DNA of 64,000 nt from Bigelowiella natans CCMP2755 (GCA_000320545.1 ADNK01002286.1:1-64000); one strand, 5' to 3'. Shown: positions 34,229-48,893, counted from the stretch's first letter. Notes: a model not told the origin generated them from the letters alone. A program made the numbers and translations.

Positions 34229-35269
34229 ACGTATCTATGGAAATATGTATATAATATACATATAAATATAATATGGACGAGGAAAAATGCCAAGAATAAT
34301 TACGACAAAGCAAGGAGGGGGGCAGAAACAGGAGCTTACAGTATAGCGATATGAAAATGGTACTTAAAGATGGTGATATTGACCTTCACCACGATGCGAA
34401 ACAAAGGGTCTCGGTTGTACTGTCCGCAATCCTGCACTGTACAATAGGAAGATGACAACTGTTTTAAGAACCATTCACAACTAATAACTGATCGTATAAA
34501 CAAGCCATTTGTCCTCTCCCTTGTTATCGCCGTCATATACATCATCTTCAATAAATACATATCAATATTGTTCTCCCTCTCCTTCTCATCATCATCATCG
34601 TTATCATCAACACCGCCAAAACTATCGCCATCGTCGTCATTACCTTTTATCTGGCCTTTTTGGTTAACAAGGACCACCCACGCCATTCCTTGCACGATAG
34701 AACAGAGTTTAAAACATATCTTCGGTGCTAACATTTCGTTGGCTGTCGGTCACCATTGTTTCGGGCGTTAGTAATCGCTCAGCATTCCGAAGTGTAAATA
34801 AATCGAACGCAATTACCGGCGAAACATCCAAAGGAGAAAAGAGACATGAGCACATTGTAGACCAGCATTACCAATTTCAAACCTGAGATGTGATAAGTCC
34901 CTCTAAGTTGTTGCCCAGCATCATTTTAATCCAATATGATGAAATTATTAACAATCGCGCACACGCATACAAAAGGGAGGGGGGAGAGAGATAGAGGAAA
35001 AAAAATATCCAGCTCCAAACAAACACACATGCGCACACGGACGCGCACACAAAAGGGGGGGAGGGGACAGAGAGAGAGAGAGAGAGAGGTACTCGTACAC
35101 TATTGTGAAGACATAGAAGCAGACCTTTGATTTTGTGCTGCTTTTCTTTCGGCGTGTCGATGTGGTACATCCTTTGTAGATACGGTACAGCCACCGCGTA
35201 GATAGGTACCAACAGAAATAGGTTATCCCAGAGAACGGATAGTGTATACTCCAAACTATCGTTTCCCAT
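32828..35269 (-). CDS. ELO/GNS1-SUR4 fatty acid elongase, delta-9-elongase-like
   Basis: Exons LVMLVYNVLMSLFS, FHWSKYVEFLDT, VSWLHYFH|HCGAA (His box), LNSFVHTIM|YAYY, IITSIQIIQF, YSYVGVVLLFFLNFFIKSY, and a basic tail KNRIKSKEM*. Confidence 0.93.
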
Positions 35270-36180
35270 CTTGATGTGTGGGGGGGCTAAGTCTGCTATA
35301 ACCATTTTTAGTGCGTATGCTTCTCCGGCCTCGCTGTGCTTTTCTCTCTATTTTTTCCCCCTCCTTTCACTAGACCGTACTTCTAAAAATATGTGAGTAG
35401 TAGGTGTGTACCAACGTGGGCGATTAGTTCGTTTGACATGCATCCTGTACAGCTTGAAACATCCTTCAATCAATTCCTCACATGCGTCGGTAACTGCTGT
35501 AGCCCCTCAAAATCAACATGCCACAGAATGAATACATATTTTCAAGGCGAGAAGGGGAAGGGGCATCGTATGCAACCGTACGAGGGGCGTCGACGTACAG
35601 GTTTTAGGCGAAAACCGGCCTATTTGCCGTTTGGGCAGACGAATTTGCCAACTTATTTCGTAAATTTCATGGTGTTTTTAGCAAGCGACAAGCAAAAAAT
35701 CGGTAGTTTTTTTAGAATGCTTGCTCTTCATCAAGCACAAAGAGTCGGCATGCGACGTAGCCTGCGGGAAATACTTTAGCAAATTCTCCTAGCTGCATGA
35801 CGCATGATGACTCACCGAGTGCTGTCGCAGACGTTGTGACCATCTTTGCTTACCAGAAAGACAGGCCACTTTTTACAGCTGCGACTAACGTAGATGTTGT
35901 CGCGGGGGAATAAAACCTTCTCGTGATGTTGGATCGAATCCAAAAGAAAATACCAACTCGGAAAAATATCCCAGGAAATCCTGCATGCAGCTTTTCTGGG
36001 CGACGTAATCCCCATTTTCCTCCACAGTTTCGAATTTGATAAGAATAATCCGTTTTTCTGTGTCGCAGGTAAAAATGGCCATGGTTTTTAGATTTGTTCT
36101 TCTGCACTCGTGAGAAAGATACGAACACGTCCTCAACATCATCGGTTACTGCTCCTTCCGATCCTCTCTCTCAAGCACAA

Positions 36181-36885
36181 ATGATCAGTCTCACTGTCTC
36201 GCTCATATTTATCCTCGCCTCTCTCACCTTGGATGGGATGGCACTTATGTACAAGGACCCATTCTTGCTCGAAAGCTCAGTGATAAAAGACACAACCGTG
36301 AAAAGGTCATTCAGGAGAGTTGGAGATGTCTGCCTTGGCGATAAGATCATGAGCATGGAGGGATCGCTGACATCAATGGGGCCAGAGGGTATTTATCAAG
36401 AGTGCAAGCGAATTTGTAAAGATGAAACCAAATGCATCGGATTCAACGTGGGCTATGAACGCATGACTGGAGAAGATCCCAAGGCAGTCTGCCACAAATA
36501 TGAACTGCTCATCGGGGTAAGCGCAAAATGCTCATTCGTATTTTTACGGAAATTTTATGGGAAACGAATTCGATGTAGCAGAATTATCTAATGATGAGAA
36601 GTGGTATTTTTTGTAAACACCACGCTCCGAACAGAATCTCCTCATACAGTTTTCAACTTAAACTGGCTGTTGCCATCATGCAGACCAGCAAGTTCAAGGA
36701 TTCACATGATTTCCACGAAAAGACAAGCCTAACAACAGCCGGTAAATATGATGTTATCCACATATGAATGCACAATCTCGATCTGCCATTCCAAGGGTTC
36801 CTTTGTTGCAGGCAAACCTTCCGGACAGCTGGGTTGCTACATTGACACACGCAGACTCGCAAACAACCAAACGCTCTTCTTCTAG
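36181..36885 (+). CDS. Small secreted Cys-rich protein, PAN/apple-like domain plus truncated WSC-like segment (possible pseudogene)
   Basis: Signal peptide MISLTVSLIFILASLTLDG, then C..ECKRICKDETKCIGFNV...C. Exon 2 is 36684-36741 (SHDFHEK). Exon 3 from 36812 reads LGCYID and then hits TAG at 36883-36885. Confidence 0.55.
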
Positions 36886-37624
36886 GACCAACTTGCGCGC
36901 ATTTGTCTTCATCATGAACTAATTTCGACATTCTGTTGCGTCAATTTGTGCCGAACTTGCTACTACTAGATCTTGACATTGACAGGATTTGATCACAAAT
37001 CAAATTTCAATGTCAATGACCATCGACATCAAATTCCTGTGGATTTCTTTGTTGTAGCAGTTGCAGTTCATCGATCAAACGGATGTAAAGATGTTGCAAA
37101 GTTTCTTATGCACGTGCCCTGCTAGCTGTGTTCTTTCCTAAAGCAATAGCAATGCTTCATTTCAGATGCACATGAATCTAGTTGTGCCATGCAAGGATAT
37201 CTTGCTGTTGCAACGCGAAATTCGGATGATGCATGTCTTGCTACGCTAGCTTGCTTCGATCAGCGAGGCCGAGCCAACAAGCTGACAGCATTCCGCACTA
37301 CTTGGCGGATACCATCGCAACACTACATTACATATTCGCACATCGGCTATGCATTTTCCCGCCATGCATAGGCCTGGAAATGTATACATCACTGGTTAGT
37401 ATTACTAGAGAAGTATATCATCGCAGCTCTGTCATATGTCTAGATGTCTAATTCGCTACATATCAATCATGAATCTAAATATTATCCCTGCTCCTCAATG
37501 ATCCTTGTCACGGTGCCGGCCCCATTGCGGTCTCTGCATTCATCCTACAGCACCAGCCACGCAAGAGCTATGTACTATGCCGCGTAAAGTGTTTTGGCTG
37601 TTATTCCTTCTTTTCCTCCTTTTT

Positions 37625-37783
37625 CTATCGACGCTGCTCTAAAGAAAACGCCCGTGCTTGCTTCCCGCTGTAATTTACACATATTTGCCAGAATGTGTGA
37701 CGCATAAGTTGTGATAAATGCAGTGTGTGGAGTAGATGCTTATGTGTATATGTTACTTTTATCATGTATTACGTGATCGCGCA

Positions 37784-37823
<40 letters not shown>

Positions 37824-38125
37824 ATAGTCGCTTACAAAGTGTTGCAACTAACGATGACCTGATTATGCCGAATACTACGCATTCAAGGAGTGAATTCCCT
37901 GCTTGTTAGGCGGAGACTCAACAAAATTCGTCATTGGAAAAAAGTGCTGTACAACTCAAAAAACAACTAGAGAACGGAGCACCTACAAGCCTATTTTCCC
38001 CGTGAATACCACCGACAATCTACTCAGTCAGGAGTTGCACACACAGAGAGAGACACATCGCACTCTAACACGCAAATAGACACACATCGCACTTTAACAC
38101 GCAAATAGTTATAATATATATAGGG

Positions 38126-38172
<47 letters not shown>

Positions 38173-38425
38173 TTAAAAGACAACCTCGTCATCATTTAAT
38201 TTTAATTTACCTCCCCTGCACCGTAGAGGCCCTTTATTGGATGGTCATTCTGAGAAGCAATCACCTCTCCCTGCGAGGGACAAAGTGTCAAAGAGTAGAA
38301 GCGAGAGGGAGGGGATGAGAACGATAGGTTTTTCCGTACATAAAGGTAGAAAAAAGAAAGGGACAGAGAGAATCAACGGATAAGAGGTGAGGGGCAAAAT
38401 AGGTAGGTTTTATCGTTAATTCTAC

Positions 38426-38471
<46 letters not shown>

Positions 38472-41400
38472 TTCTCTCACCCCGCCTCCTTCTTTTTTAG
38501 CTCTCATGACTTATGATCAAGACCTTGGTATTGAAAACGACGCCACCCATACAATAGTGGAGAGTCGGCGTGATCTAATTATGAACATCATGCCAACAGC
38601 AGGGAAGGGGACCGCAGTGAGAAGAAGGCTTTAAACGTACGTTTGAATGGACGCTGCAGAATATGCATATGCATGCAAACGAGATTTTAGTGTAATATGC
38701 TCCTTTGTTTTTCAAGACTACACCCAAGCAGTCCAGCACTTTCCCAGAGATGTCTATGGGAGGGGTAAGTCAGTCGGTGAGGTTGTTACAGACTAACGGC
38801 TATCGGCGGGAACATGCAAAAACGAAGGATAGCGGATGGGAATCAAGTAAAAAAATAAATGCAAATGCTTCTGCTCCTTTCAGAATGGGTGAAGTGTTTG
38901 CCAGGAGAGAAATTAACGCATTTATACTTATCGTTCACGATAGCATCTTCAGCCTACGATGATGTGTATTCTTGTGAAGGTGTCGGTGCACGTGCGTACA
39001 TAAGAATCAGCTTCTGGAAAGTAATCCTTTCCAAACTCATCAGTCCTTGCCTGCCCCCCCCCTCCCTCCTTCTCTTTCTTCATCACGTCTCGTGTAGACC
39101 CGAACGCGGCGTACGTCATCAATTCTCGTCTCAGCGTTTTTATCGGGATTTTAAGGCTCGCACTTGCCTCTTTGAAAGGTGAAACAGGTCCTCACACACG
39201 CAAACACCCGCTTTTTGCATGCACACACAACGCTCAATCCCATTACTACGTACAGGGCATCGAAACAGGAGGTTGCAGGAGAGGCGAAGAGGATAAATTG
39301 TCTCTTTTGCGGCTATGCGTCATTATTCAGAGGAAGGAATGTGTGGTAAAAGGAAGTACATGCATGCATTCCATCATTATTTGTTGCGTGGACTTTCATA
39401 TGGATATGCATCGTCGCATGTATAGCAGTCGTCACCGTCAAGATTATTATGTGCTTGCATTAGCCCTATCTGTGTAAACAGATAAAACGACCGTCGCTTC
39501 ATGTTCTCCAGTACTCGCCAAAATACTCACATGCAGCCTTCCCCCTCCCCCTTCCCTCCTTCCGCCCTTTCAAAATGGCACTTTCCATCACGGCGCAAGA
39601 GGAAGGGACAATATGTACGCGTGGATCTACTAGCATGTTTGACAATGGCGCTGGAAACTACCTTTTGATAAAACCTCGCTGCTGTAAGGCCGAAGGCTTC
39701 GATGACTTTCTCCGAGAGAATCATTGCGACCACCTACGTGTCGTGTTTTTATTGTTGTTGTTGCTGCTGCTGTGTGTGCATAAGTAGCGGGAGGGTGTGA
39801 AGGCTGTGCGCTTCGCGACAAAACACTTGATATGCTCCTTATCATCATCGTTCTCATCACAATTGAGGCCCCATCAGACCGTAATCCGTCTTTTTTTCTT
39901 GTCCCCATCGTCCTTCATTCATAAACAACAGTAGACGAGTAATGACAATGAGAGAGACTTACATTGAGTCTGTGGAAGAGAAAGCTGATGATACAGAAAT
40001 ATTTGTAACAAATGTCGTGATTTGCCATTAGCGCATAATATTCCAACATGTCCCCACTACTACTGCTATCAGGTTCACTTGGGATTTTTCTCCATTTCTG
40101 CCCTTTGTCACCAGCTCTTCCTCCCCTTTACGCTCGGTGCTGTCGCAGACGTCTTTAGTGCTAGAAGAAGGATTGTGCTTCTGAAAATAGGGAGAGGGAA
40201 AGGGGGGCAACGACTGATGAGCCTTCATGGTGCGCGTCCTTCAAGAATGCCATAACGTAATATATGAACTTCTTCTTCTTCTTCTTCTTCTACTTCTTCT
40301 TTCGTCCCCATCACCTTATCCCACTCCTCGAGTGGAAGGCCGTTCTCAAATATTGCTTCTGACAGTAGATCTCTAAGGAGCGGGGGGGGGGAAGGGAGGG
40401 CCATCGGTAAAAAACGGTGATGACGGCGCATGTAAATCCACATACAACACGCTTGTATTGTCGCATGGTATCAAATGCTATCACCTGGGCAGCAGCTCAT
40501 TGGCGAATCGCTTGCCTGCGACAACACATATCGGCTACACACATCACCAATTGACCAGCACACATGCACACAACGTTCGCCGCCAATGCACCTGTCCTCG
40601 GTGATATCAGCAGCCCCCCACAAGCTCTGAGTGCCTTGTAAAATTGAGCACGGAGACGACGAAGCGGCAATCAATGAATCAACAGTAGGTCACAAGTGTT
40701 TCTCTTTCACTATGGCTGTTAGAAACCGATGCCGTTTGATTATTTTCTTTTTCAGTAATATTAGATTAGGTCTCAACCTCCGGAGCAAGAACACGGACTT
40801 GTTGCTCGGATTAGATGGGTTGAGAAACCCAGTAGGATGGACCTTTTAACATCAGTTATGCTTGTTTGGTATGTGACTTAAGGGGGGGGGGGGGGGGGGA
40901 GGACTTTCAAGAGAACAACAGTACTATGAAGACCAGGATGATCATAACGACAGTTGACTATATACTTACATTTGTGTGTACGCTGTGTTGCGACATGTTT
41001 ATTTGGTGTGTTCTTATTTGTGCTCGTGAAGCTCAACGAGGCGTGAGCAATACACCTGCACGTGCATGAGATCTCGAGTTTTGGCCCCGACTTTCTCGGC
41101 AATCCGTAAACCGTCACCTGTAATAGCATAGCTGTTTTGCTTGTGATTCTGCATACAGGAGGAGGGACTAAAGAGAGCTGGAAACAGAGCAAAGAATCTA
41201 GAACATTTTCACGCAAAACAGCCATTATAAAGGTAGGCGTTGTCACCTGTTGCCCATGGCCCGTTTGTCGTAGGAAGCTCTGATGATAGCGATGGTGATG
41301 ATGATGATGATGATGATAACGATTGATCGAATATGAGCATAATGTATCACATCTTGGGTGAACGGCGGGGTTGCATGGCATGTGTTGGAAAGGGTGGGAA

Positions 41401-42329
41401 TCACCACGATAAGTTCTGTCACTTATCAATCGTTTCGGACAACCAATCGGTGCTTTCTTAATAACTACTCTTTGAGGGTGGGAAGTAGCACATGTATACG
41501 TGTGTGGCAGCACGTGTCCAATTTCCTTTCCCTTTTGGCCCTACACCCATTCCCAAGCAAATACATGTATAATATATGTGTATATTAGGGTTAGTATTCA
41601 TATCACCGGCTAGATTCGGCGCGTACTTCTTCAACAGCTCAACACTCGCAGCAAATCCTGAATACCCAGTTAGCGACAACGCCGATATGCGACGAATTAA
41701 AGATGTCGTGACCATCGTGTTTCAGGCAGTGAATAGGTGTGCGAGGAGTGGATGAAACGCGGGTACAATGTAACGCAGATACGGACAGAAGATTCTGCTA
41801 GTTTGCAAGAAGACCCACCCCCACTCGCCAGCACTATGGAATCGGAGTATAGCTCTTCATCTTCTATGTTGGGGGAGGGAGGGAGGGAGAGAGAAATCGC
41901 TTTTAATACAAAATACACAAATATTACTACATGTTCGTACATCTCCTTCCAATAGGCCCAGCGACGGCTAGTTATCTTTTTCCTGTCTTTCTCTCTCTAT
42001 GACTCTCCATATCTCCTTCTCGTATTCTGCTAGTTAAACCTACGTCTACTACCTGCTAACACAGACTCGCTGCCTACACGACGGTACCTCACACCCTTCA
42101 CCGTGTTGCTCTGGCAAAGGAAGTGTATGTGTGCTTATTTGTATGATTTGTGAGCTGAAGTTAAATTGTAGCTGCTAACTCTGCTATTGTTACTACTACC
42201 TTCTCGTCCATAATGATCCCTGTGCATTCGATGCCCTTCAAGACTCTTTCCGCGCCAAAACACACATACATGAGATACCAATACATGCTAATATGAAATG
42301 AGAAACTGCAGTGCCAAAATGGGCAGAGG

Positions 42330-42360
<31 letters not shown>

Positions 42361-42676
42361 TTTCGCACAACCCTCACCACCTTCTCAATAGAATAACAAT
42401 CGCATTGACAAGGCTGATATTTCCGTCAACCAACCCCCGATAAACCGTGATAATTACGATGATAACCATGTTGTGAATTACACTCATCCCTTCCTTAATA
42501 TAATCTTTATCCCTCATAATCTTCGCTGGTAGTGATCGATCTCTATGCTGCTACTTACCGTATATTCGGTTTTGATAAAGCTTCCTTCGTCAGGGCAGCG
42601 ATTAGTGTCCATCTGTGGTTCATGGTGTTATTGTTAGAGGGGGGGGGGGGGGAGGGGGGTATGATGGGTCGGTTTT

Positions 42677-42707
<31 letters not shown>

Positions 42708-42853
42708 CTTGGCTACCCAACTGGCCTTGGCCGTCCATCATCTCCTGAAGTGTGTTGAAATACTATTTATAGATGATCAACAAAATATCCAACACCTCCC
42801 TCCTTTTTCCCCTCCTCCTCCTTATATACTTATATATGCTCTCCTCACTCACG

Positions 42854-42894
<41 letters not shown>

Positions 42895-43320
42895 GTCGTA
42901 TATCTTCACTATATTGCTGCATACATAAAATGGTCCTACATCGTCCACCGATTGCGGCGTAAGGTGTGTGTGAGTACTACCGGGAGAAAATCGTAACGTG
43001 CGTGGAACGGAGTGTCTGATGACAAAAAGCAACAATATAAAATATGGTAGTCAATTATCAGACATAATCGCCTTAATAGTGTCGTAGCTCAGAGCCACCT
43101 CGTTTACTACACCAATATCATCTGTCCCATCGAATGTGCGGATGTTCATTTATGTACAGATATATCCTTGTATAGTATGCTTGCATAGTTGTCATTTCTT
43201 ATCATCATCGTTATTATCAAGCTAACCCTCCTCCCCTCACACAGTTGGTGAGACCCTCTCCTCCCACCTATGCGGGGGGGGGCAGAATAAAAGCAATAAT
43301 AGCAAAAAGAAAGACATTGA

Positions 43321-43365
<45 letters not shown>

Positions 43366-44829
43366 CTTAGATCTATTTTATAATTTATAATTAAATGTGT
43401 ACATTACAATTTACTCTTCAACTAATTCGTATCCTTCGTTTGCAGTAGGCATAGAAATGTTCTCTAAACTTCCTTCTCGGCTCCTCACTACACACATGTG
43501 ATGATAGTAGTGAAGGATGATGAAAGCATACTCGATCATTGAGCCAACTGAGTGCTTCTCTGGACTGATAACAATAGAGCACAGTTTATTATCATCGTCG
43601 TCCGTATCAATCAATGAAGCTTTTGTCAGCAGCGTAGAAATAATAAGGTCTTTACAGGAGGGGGAGACGGCAACATAACCGGCGATGAGCTTGAAGGCTG
43701 CATCATGATGTAATTATGGCGTCCATATGTCGTGTGTGTATATGTGTATACATATTTGTGCATATGTTCGGTTGTAATTTTTACCTTGCTAGCCATCAAA
43801 GTTGCCAGCTCCAAGTTCCCGGAATTATGGCCTTAAAATATCACATTCCGACCCTCAACTTTTTAATTCTATCTGCTTCATGCGAACCGAGACCTGCTTT
43901 GATTGTGTCCTCGACAAACCGACTAGGGCGTTGTAGGATTGATGAATCATTTTTTATAAGGCAATCAAGGCGGTAAACATCCGGTTTGAGATCAATTACA
44001 GATGAATTTCCGCGTTTACTCATGAACATATATGCGTGTGGTGATATCATACTTACTTGATGCTGTCTCTTGCTCCAATATTCACCGAGTTGATACCGGA
44101 TGTGGCCTGATTACGGTTGGTGCTATGTCATTGGTCTACGATAAAGGGTACATGCAGCTTGCAGCAGTCCCACCGTCTACTACCTTTGCGGAGTTCCCTC
44201 CCAATTTGTTATTTTTTTCCAATACGACGACTTGAACGGTGGGGTCTTGGGCCTTGTCAATGGAGAAAGGATCAGAATAATCGCACATAGGAAAGAGTAG
44301 CTACGAGGATGCTGTGCGACCCAAGTTGCGAACGTTTAAAGAGCTGTTTGCTCCTTGCACGCGTGCACTTAGAGAATACAATTGATAGATGATGCATGCC
44401 CCATGTCTGACCTCAGCATCTGAGATAGCAGCCGAGAGACCTGCCAGACCTAATATATATAATCAGTAGCGAGTTGGTTGAAGGCAAATATTATATATAT
44501 GTTAGAATTACCCGAGCCGATAACTACGACAGTTGGCTGTCTTGATGTCTGAATTAGGAAGAATTCGTCAGTTTACAGAGATACGCTGCAGCAGGTCATC
44601 AATCTTAGCATGGTGTTTATTCTTCCTTTGTGCCTATACATAATGCAGATCTCACCGTCTGTGTTGCTGTTCGAAGAGCATTTCCAACTAAAGCTCCTGG
44701 TCACGTAAAAGAAAGGGGATTAGGGAGGGTGCTGCTGGATATCTGTGACTAGTTTAGAACAGATTTACCTCGGAGATTATGTCCCATTGTGAGAATCGAC
44801 AGAAGCCTTGACAAATGAACATTGAGCAT
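37625..44829 (-). CDS. Soluble FAD-dependent fumarate reductase (Osm1/Frd1, flavocytochrome c flavin-domain family), ~25 small exons; 5' end may extend to ~45314
   Basis: In order: VVVIGSGLAGLSAA, VLEK...GGNSAKATSGIN, FVEDTIKAG, GGHSVPRT, IVLASGGFA, LPTTNGPWATGDG, VQVHPTGF, PEALRACGG, GKRFANELLPRD, ITPTLHYCMGG, GLYGAGE, GGIHGENRLVGNSLLECVVFG. Stop at 37625. One exon carries an apparent 1-nt deletion. Confidence 0.92.
38053..38108 (+). repeat. 27-bp tandem duplication inside an intron
   Basis: acacatcgcact(c/t)taacacgcaaatag at 38053-38079 and 38082-38108. Confidence 0.9.
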
Positions 44830-46104
44830 TGAAGTACGCCTACGAGTTGTTAGAGAAACTACATGCGCAAGCACCTCGTGGGATGCAAGCAAAGAGAGGT
44901 TAACGACTAAAAGGCTGGATGAACCTTTGGGCACGATAGATTCTTCTAGTTCGTCTCCTTGTTCGAGTAGCGGGACAGTGATATGGGAGCAAAGGGGCGG
45001 CCAGCAGATGAGTTTGGCGCAGCCGACGAGAAGCCATCTGGAGGAATCTTGAGATGCCGTCGAATTAACAGCGATGACTCCGATTCTTGGTGTCTCGCTA
45101 GGGATATCGACTGGGTTTCAAGACCATTGAATAAAAGCACAGCAAGCAATTGGATTTCAAGCTGCTCCTGACTCTGTGGAAGTGTGCCAAAAATAGGCCG
45201 TTGTTCCGTTAAGACAGCCTGAGCAGGTTGCTTCTGGGACGACTCTGTCTCCGCACTGTGAAGCTGAGAAGTACCCTCATTCTTGTGCGATGTATTTCGA
45301 CAGGTGACTGACATCTACGACATGCTCATGCTCCTGTCTCACAAAAAAGTGAGAGCTTTTTTGTAAGGAAAGAAAGGCTGCAAGCACCTCAAAAGTTGTT
45401 CAGATCTCAAAGTAAAAAACGCAGGCCAATCCTTTACGCAATCACTTCGATACAAGTTGTAGAAAAAAATATGTGCGATTCGACGGTGACAGGAAGAGTT
45501 TAATGTGCTCTCGGAAGTTCGTGCATCGAGACATGAACGATTTCTTGCCGCAGGTGTTGAAACTCAAATGGGAAGGCCTTCCAAAGCTAATGTCATTAAT
45601 TCTCTTGTGATAATTCCCTACGACATCGTAATAATATTGTCGTAGTAGATGAACTAACAAGACCCTCCAAGCTCGCTCGCGCCCAGCCCGAAGCGAATCG
45701 GCATGAGAAAAAGGGGGGGAGGTAGAGAATGCCTCGATGAAAACAACAGTTATAATTCGGCTAGAAGCGAGGTGTGATATAGAGATATTATGTGTTGGTA
45801 TGTCATTCAGGTAAAAGCGCCTCGAAAGCGGCACCGGCGAGTCGTACTAGAACCTCAAGAAACTCTGGTCTAAGAATCTCCTTGATTCATTGTTTTCAGT
45901 TCCATCCAGCTGACATGACAAAATTGTTTTTCTGACGTGAAAAAGGGACACAACGACAACGAGGAAAAGGGAAAGGAGGAGAAGCAACATCTAGTAAACA
46001 ACGCCTTCGTCGCTCCAAGCGGGAAAGATCTTCCAGAGGTATTAGAAATGATAAATGCGGTATATTATTCTTCGGAATCATTAGATATCAACCTGATGTT
46101 TTAG

Positions 46105-48253
46105 GATCTGATGAGACCGCTATCTACGAAGAAACCCTGGTGAGCTTTGATGTCACTTTTTAGCGTCCCATCTTCTGTAATTGTAAACTACATCTTACTC
46201 GACTCCCTCTACCTCATCCGTAATTATTTCAGGAGCTACCAAAGGGATTGGATTGCGAGACAGATATCCATGCTTCATGGTTCTGGCAGAATGATATCGG
46301 TCGCATTATACAAAGCACCATACACAGAATTAATGCTGAAGAAGAAAGGAAATTGTATCCAAAGCTCGACTGCGGAGAGGAATTAGATCGGGGATTGTCT
46401 GCTCGTTCTTCTATGAAATTCCGGCGTTTTTTGTTTTCAATCAATATGTACCTCATAATACTCCCAAACTTGTAAATGATTTTCTCCCGCGTGATTTTCT
46501 CCTGTGCTCTTCTTCTTTGTTATAGGAGTATGGAATGTGTACGATGAGATGCAGACTGCAGTTTTGGAAGAGGTCTGGCCACTCACCGCACACACACACG
46601 CACATGCACATGCGTCGTATTGTGTGTGTGTGTATATGTGTGTGTGTGTATCATGAATGCCAATACCATTCAGAGAAGAACTATGACATGACAATATTTC
46701 TAATGATATTCGTTATGCTACGTTTGGTCTGATGATACGATGGATTTCAAGGCCTGGGAAGATAAAAAAGGCGAGTGTCAGATCGGGGTAATATCACCTA
46801 CCAAAAAGAACGCGTCTGCCTTCATGATTAGCATATTGACGGGCAAAAGCGTTATGCTGTTCTTGCTCTTTTTTCACTCAGATCGGAGGGATGCGTTACA
46901 CTGTTGACTTTAAGGATATGGAGCAGATCAACCCAATGACAAGTATATTAATATACACTTTTGCGACTTTCAAGGAAGAGTATATCAAGATATTTTTCTC
47001 ATTGAGGAATTACAATCCCAGTTGCAAGAGAGTCTGAAGATGCTCACATTGTGTGAAATAGGATGGTTTTTAACGATGGTGGTTCTGATGATTGATGATC
47101 GATGATTCTATGCTATGTAGAGACTCGAAGGCGGGTGAAACGACAAAACGAAATGAGTGATGGCGCAAATGCAAAGATGGGATGGGGTAGCAAGTGATTT
47201 TGGTTTATGTCTAATGATGATATCTAAGAGTGGCTATTTGCTGCTATGTATCATCAAAGACGGGCTGACAAAAAATAAAAAGCGAAAACGACGCAAATTG
47301 GAGCTTCCAGGGACCCTTAAAGCTCGCTTGAAGTAAGATGAGATGAGTGATGATGATGATGATGATGATGACGACGACAACTCAGAAGATGATGCTTGAA
47401 GAAAAATACGAATAGGTATTTTTCCAACAACTTCAATTCGCTCATGATGTTCTTTTGTACTTCAGAAAGCTGTCGAAGTGGGCAATCTCTCGCCAAAACC
47501 TAACCATCCATAAGGTAGCAGCAGTTTGTTCCAATCGCAAATGCGAGTGTAAAGCGCATCGAGAGTAGTGCGTCAGCATATGTGAGAGGTCATCATGCGT
47601 GCTGTCCATGATAGATTTAGGCCAACATAGTCAACATCATATATATATTTTAACGTTCTGATAAACACGGTAGCGTATTGGGCAAGGGGCGTTCGGTGAG
47701 GTCTTTCTAGCAGAATGGAAGGTGCGGTGACATCTCCTGTGAGTTGCTACAGTTCAATTGTACGACTAATTGATGACGTAAGCAGTGTTCAGTTATCAAT
47801 ATGACGCCATCGTAACATGAAGGGTGAGCTCCTCTTTGTCATCATAACAAGGATACGACAACACACAGGGAAATGGCCTCGTAGCCTTAAAAACACTCCG
47901 GAATACTGACAAAGTAGCGCTGAACGCGTACGTAAAGGTTGGCCTTGCTGCGACACGCACGTCATCTATGCTATCATTCCTGCTCGTTTCGCGAGTCGTC
48001 ATGGCTATTATTCATAACCAATTACGTGCATTGTGTGTGTGCTTGTGTGTGTGTGTGTGTGGGTGTGTGTTGGTGTGTATATATGTGTGTACGCCACCAC
48101 CACCACCACCACCACCACCATCACCATTCCTCAATCCATACAGGAAGCACAGCTAATAACGGCACTCAAACACCGCAACATCGTTGAGGGTAAAAGAATG
48201 CCCCCTCTTTGGCAGTTTAGCCCCTTCCTACCGATACTGAAAGAGAAAGGGGA

Positions 48254-48296
<43 letters not shown>

Positions 48297-48690
48297 CACT
48301 TATCTGAAACGATAATATAGAATCATCGTCTCTCCCTCCTCCTCCTCCTTGTCTAGTTGTTGTTGCTGCTGCTAATCTGGATTGTTGTGTTTGCCATAGT
48401 GAAAGGCCTTACGACACTGGAGGCGCCATTGGGATTTGTCTTCGAGTACGCACCAGATAGCCTCGGTACCCCCCCCTTTAAATATGTATCTCTCAGTCAA
48501 TAAAGTAGTAGTGGCTATACCATAGTGCATTTTGTGATACTGGCTTGATTTGTTTGTAATTCACTACTATCGACTGCTGTGAAGCTGCACGAATACGACA
48601 AGGAAATAGCCTTACAATTGTGGTATGTTGAGCGAGCAATAGTAACCTAATACTGAGGATGCACCGCATTGGTTTTCAACACATGATAAT

Positions 48691-48724
<34 letters not shown>

Positions 48725-48851
48725 GCTACACCATCGTCACTCCACGATAGAAGATAGAAACTCATTGGAACTACATGCATGTGGTTGTGGTTCCTTGTGA
48801 TGATGCAGGATGTCTTAAGAGTAGCGCGAGATGTCGCTGAAGGGTAGAGCA

Positions 48852-48893
<42 letters not shown>

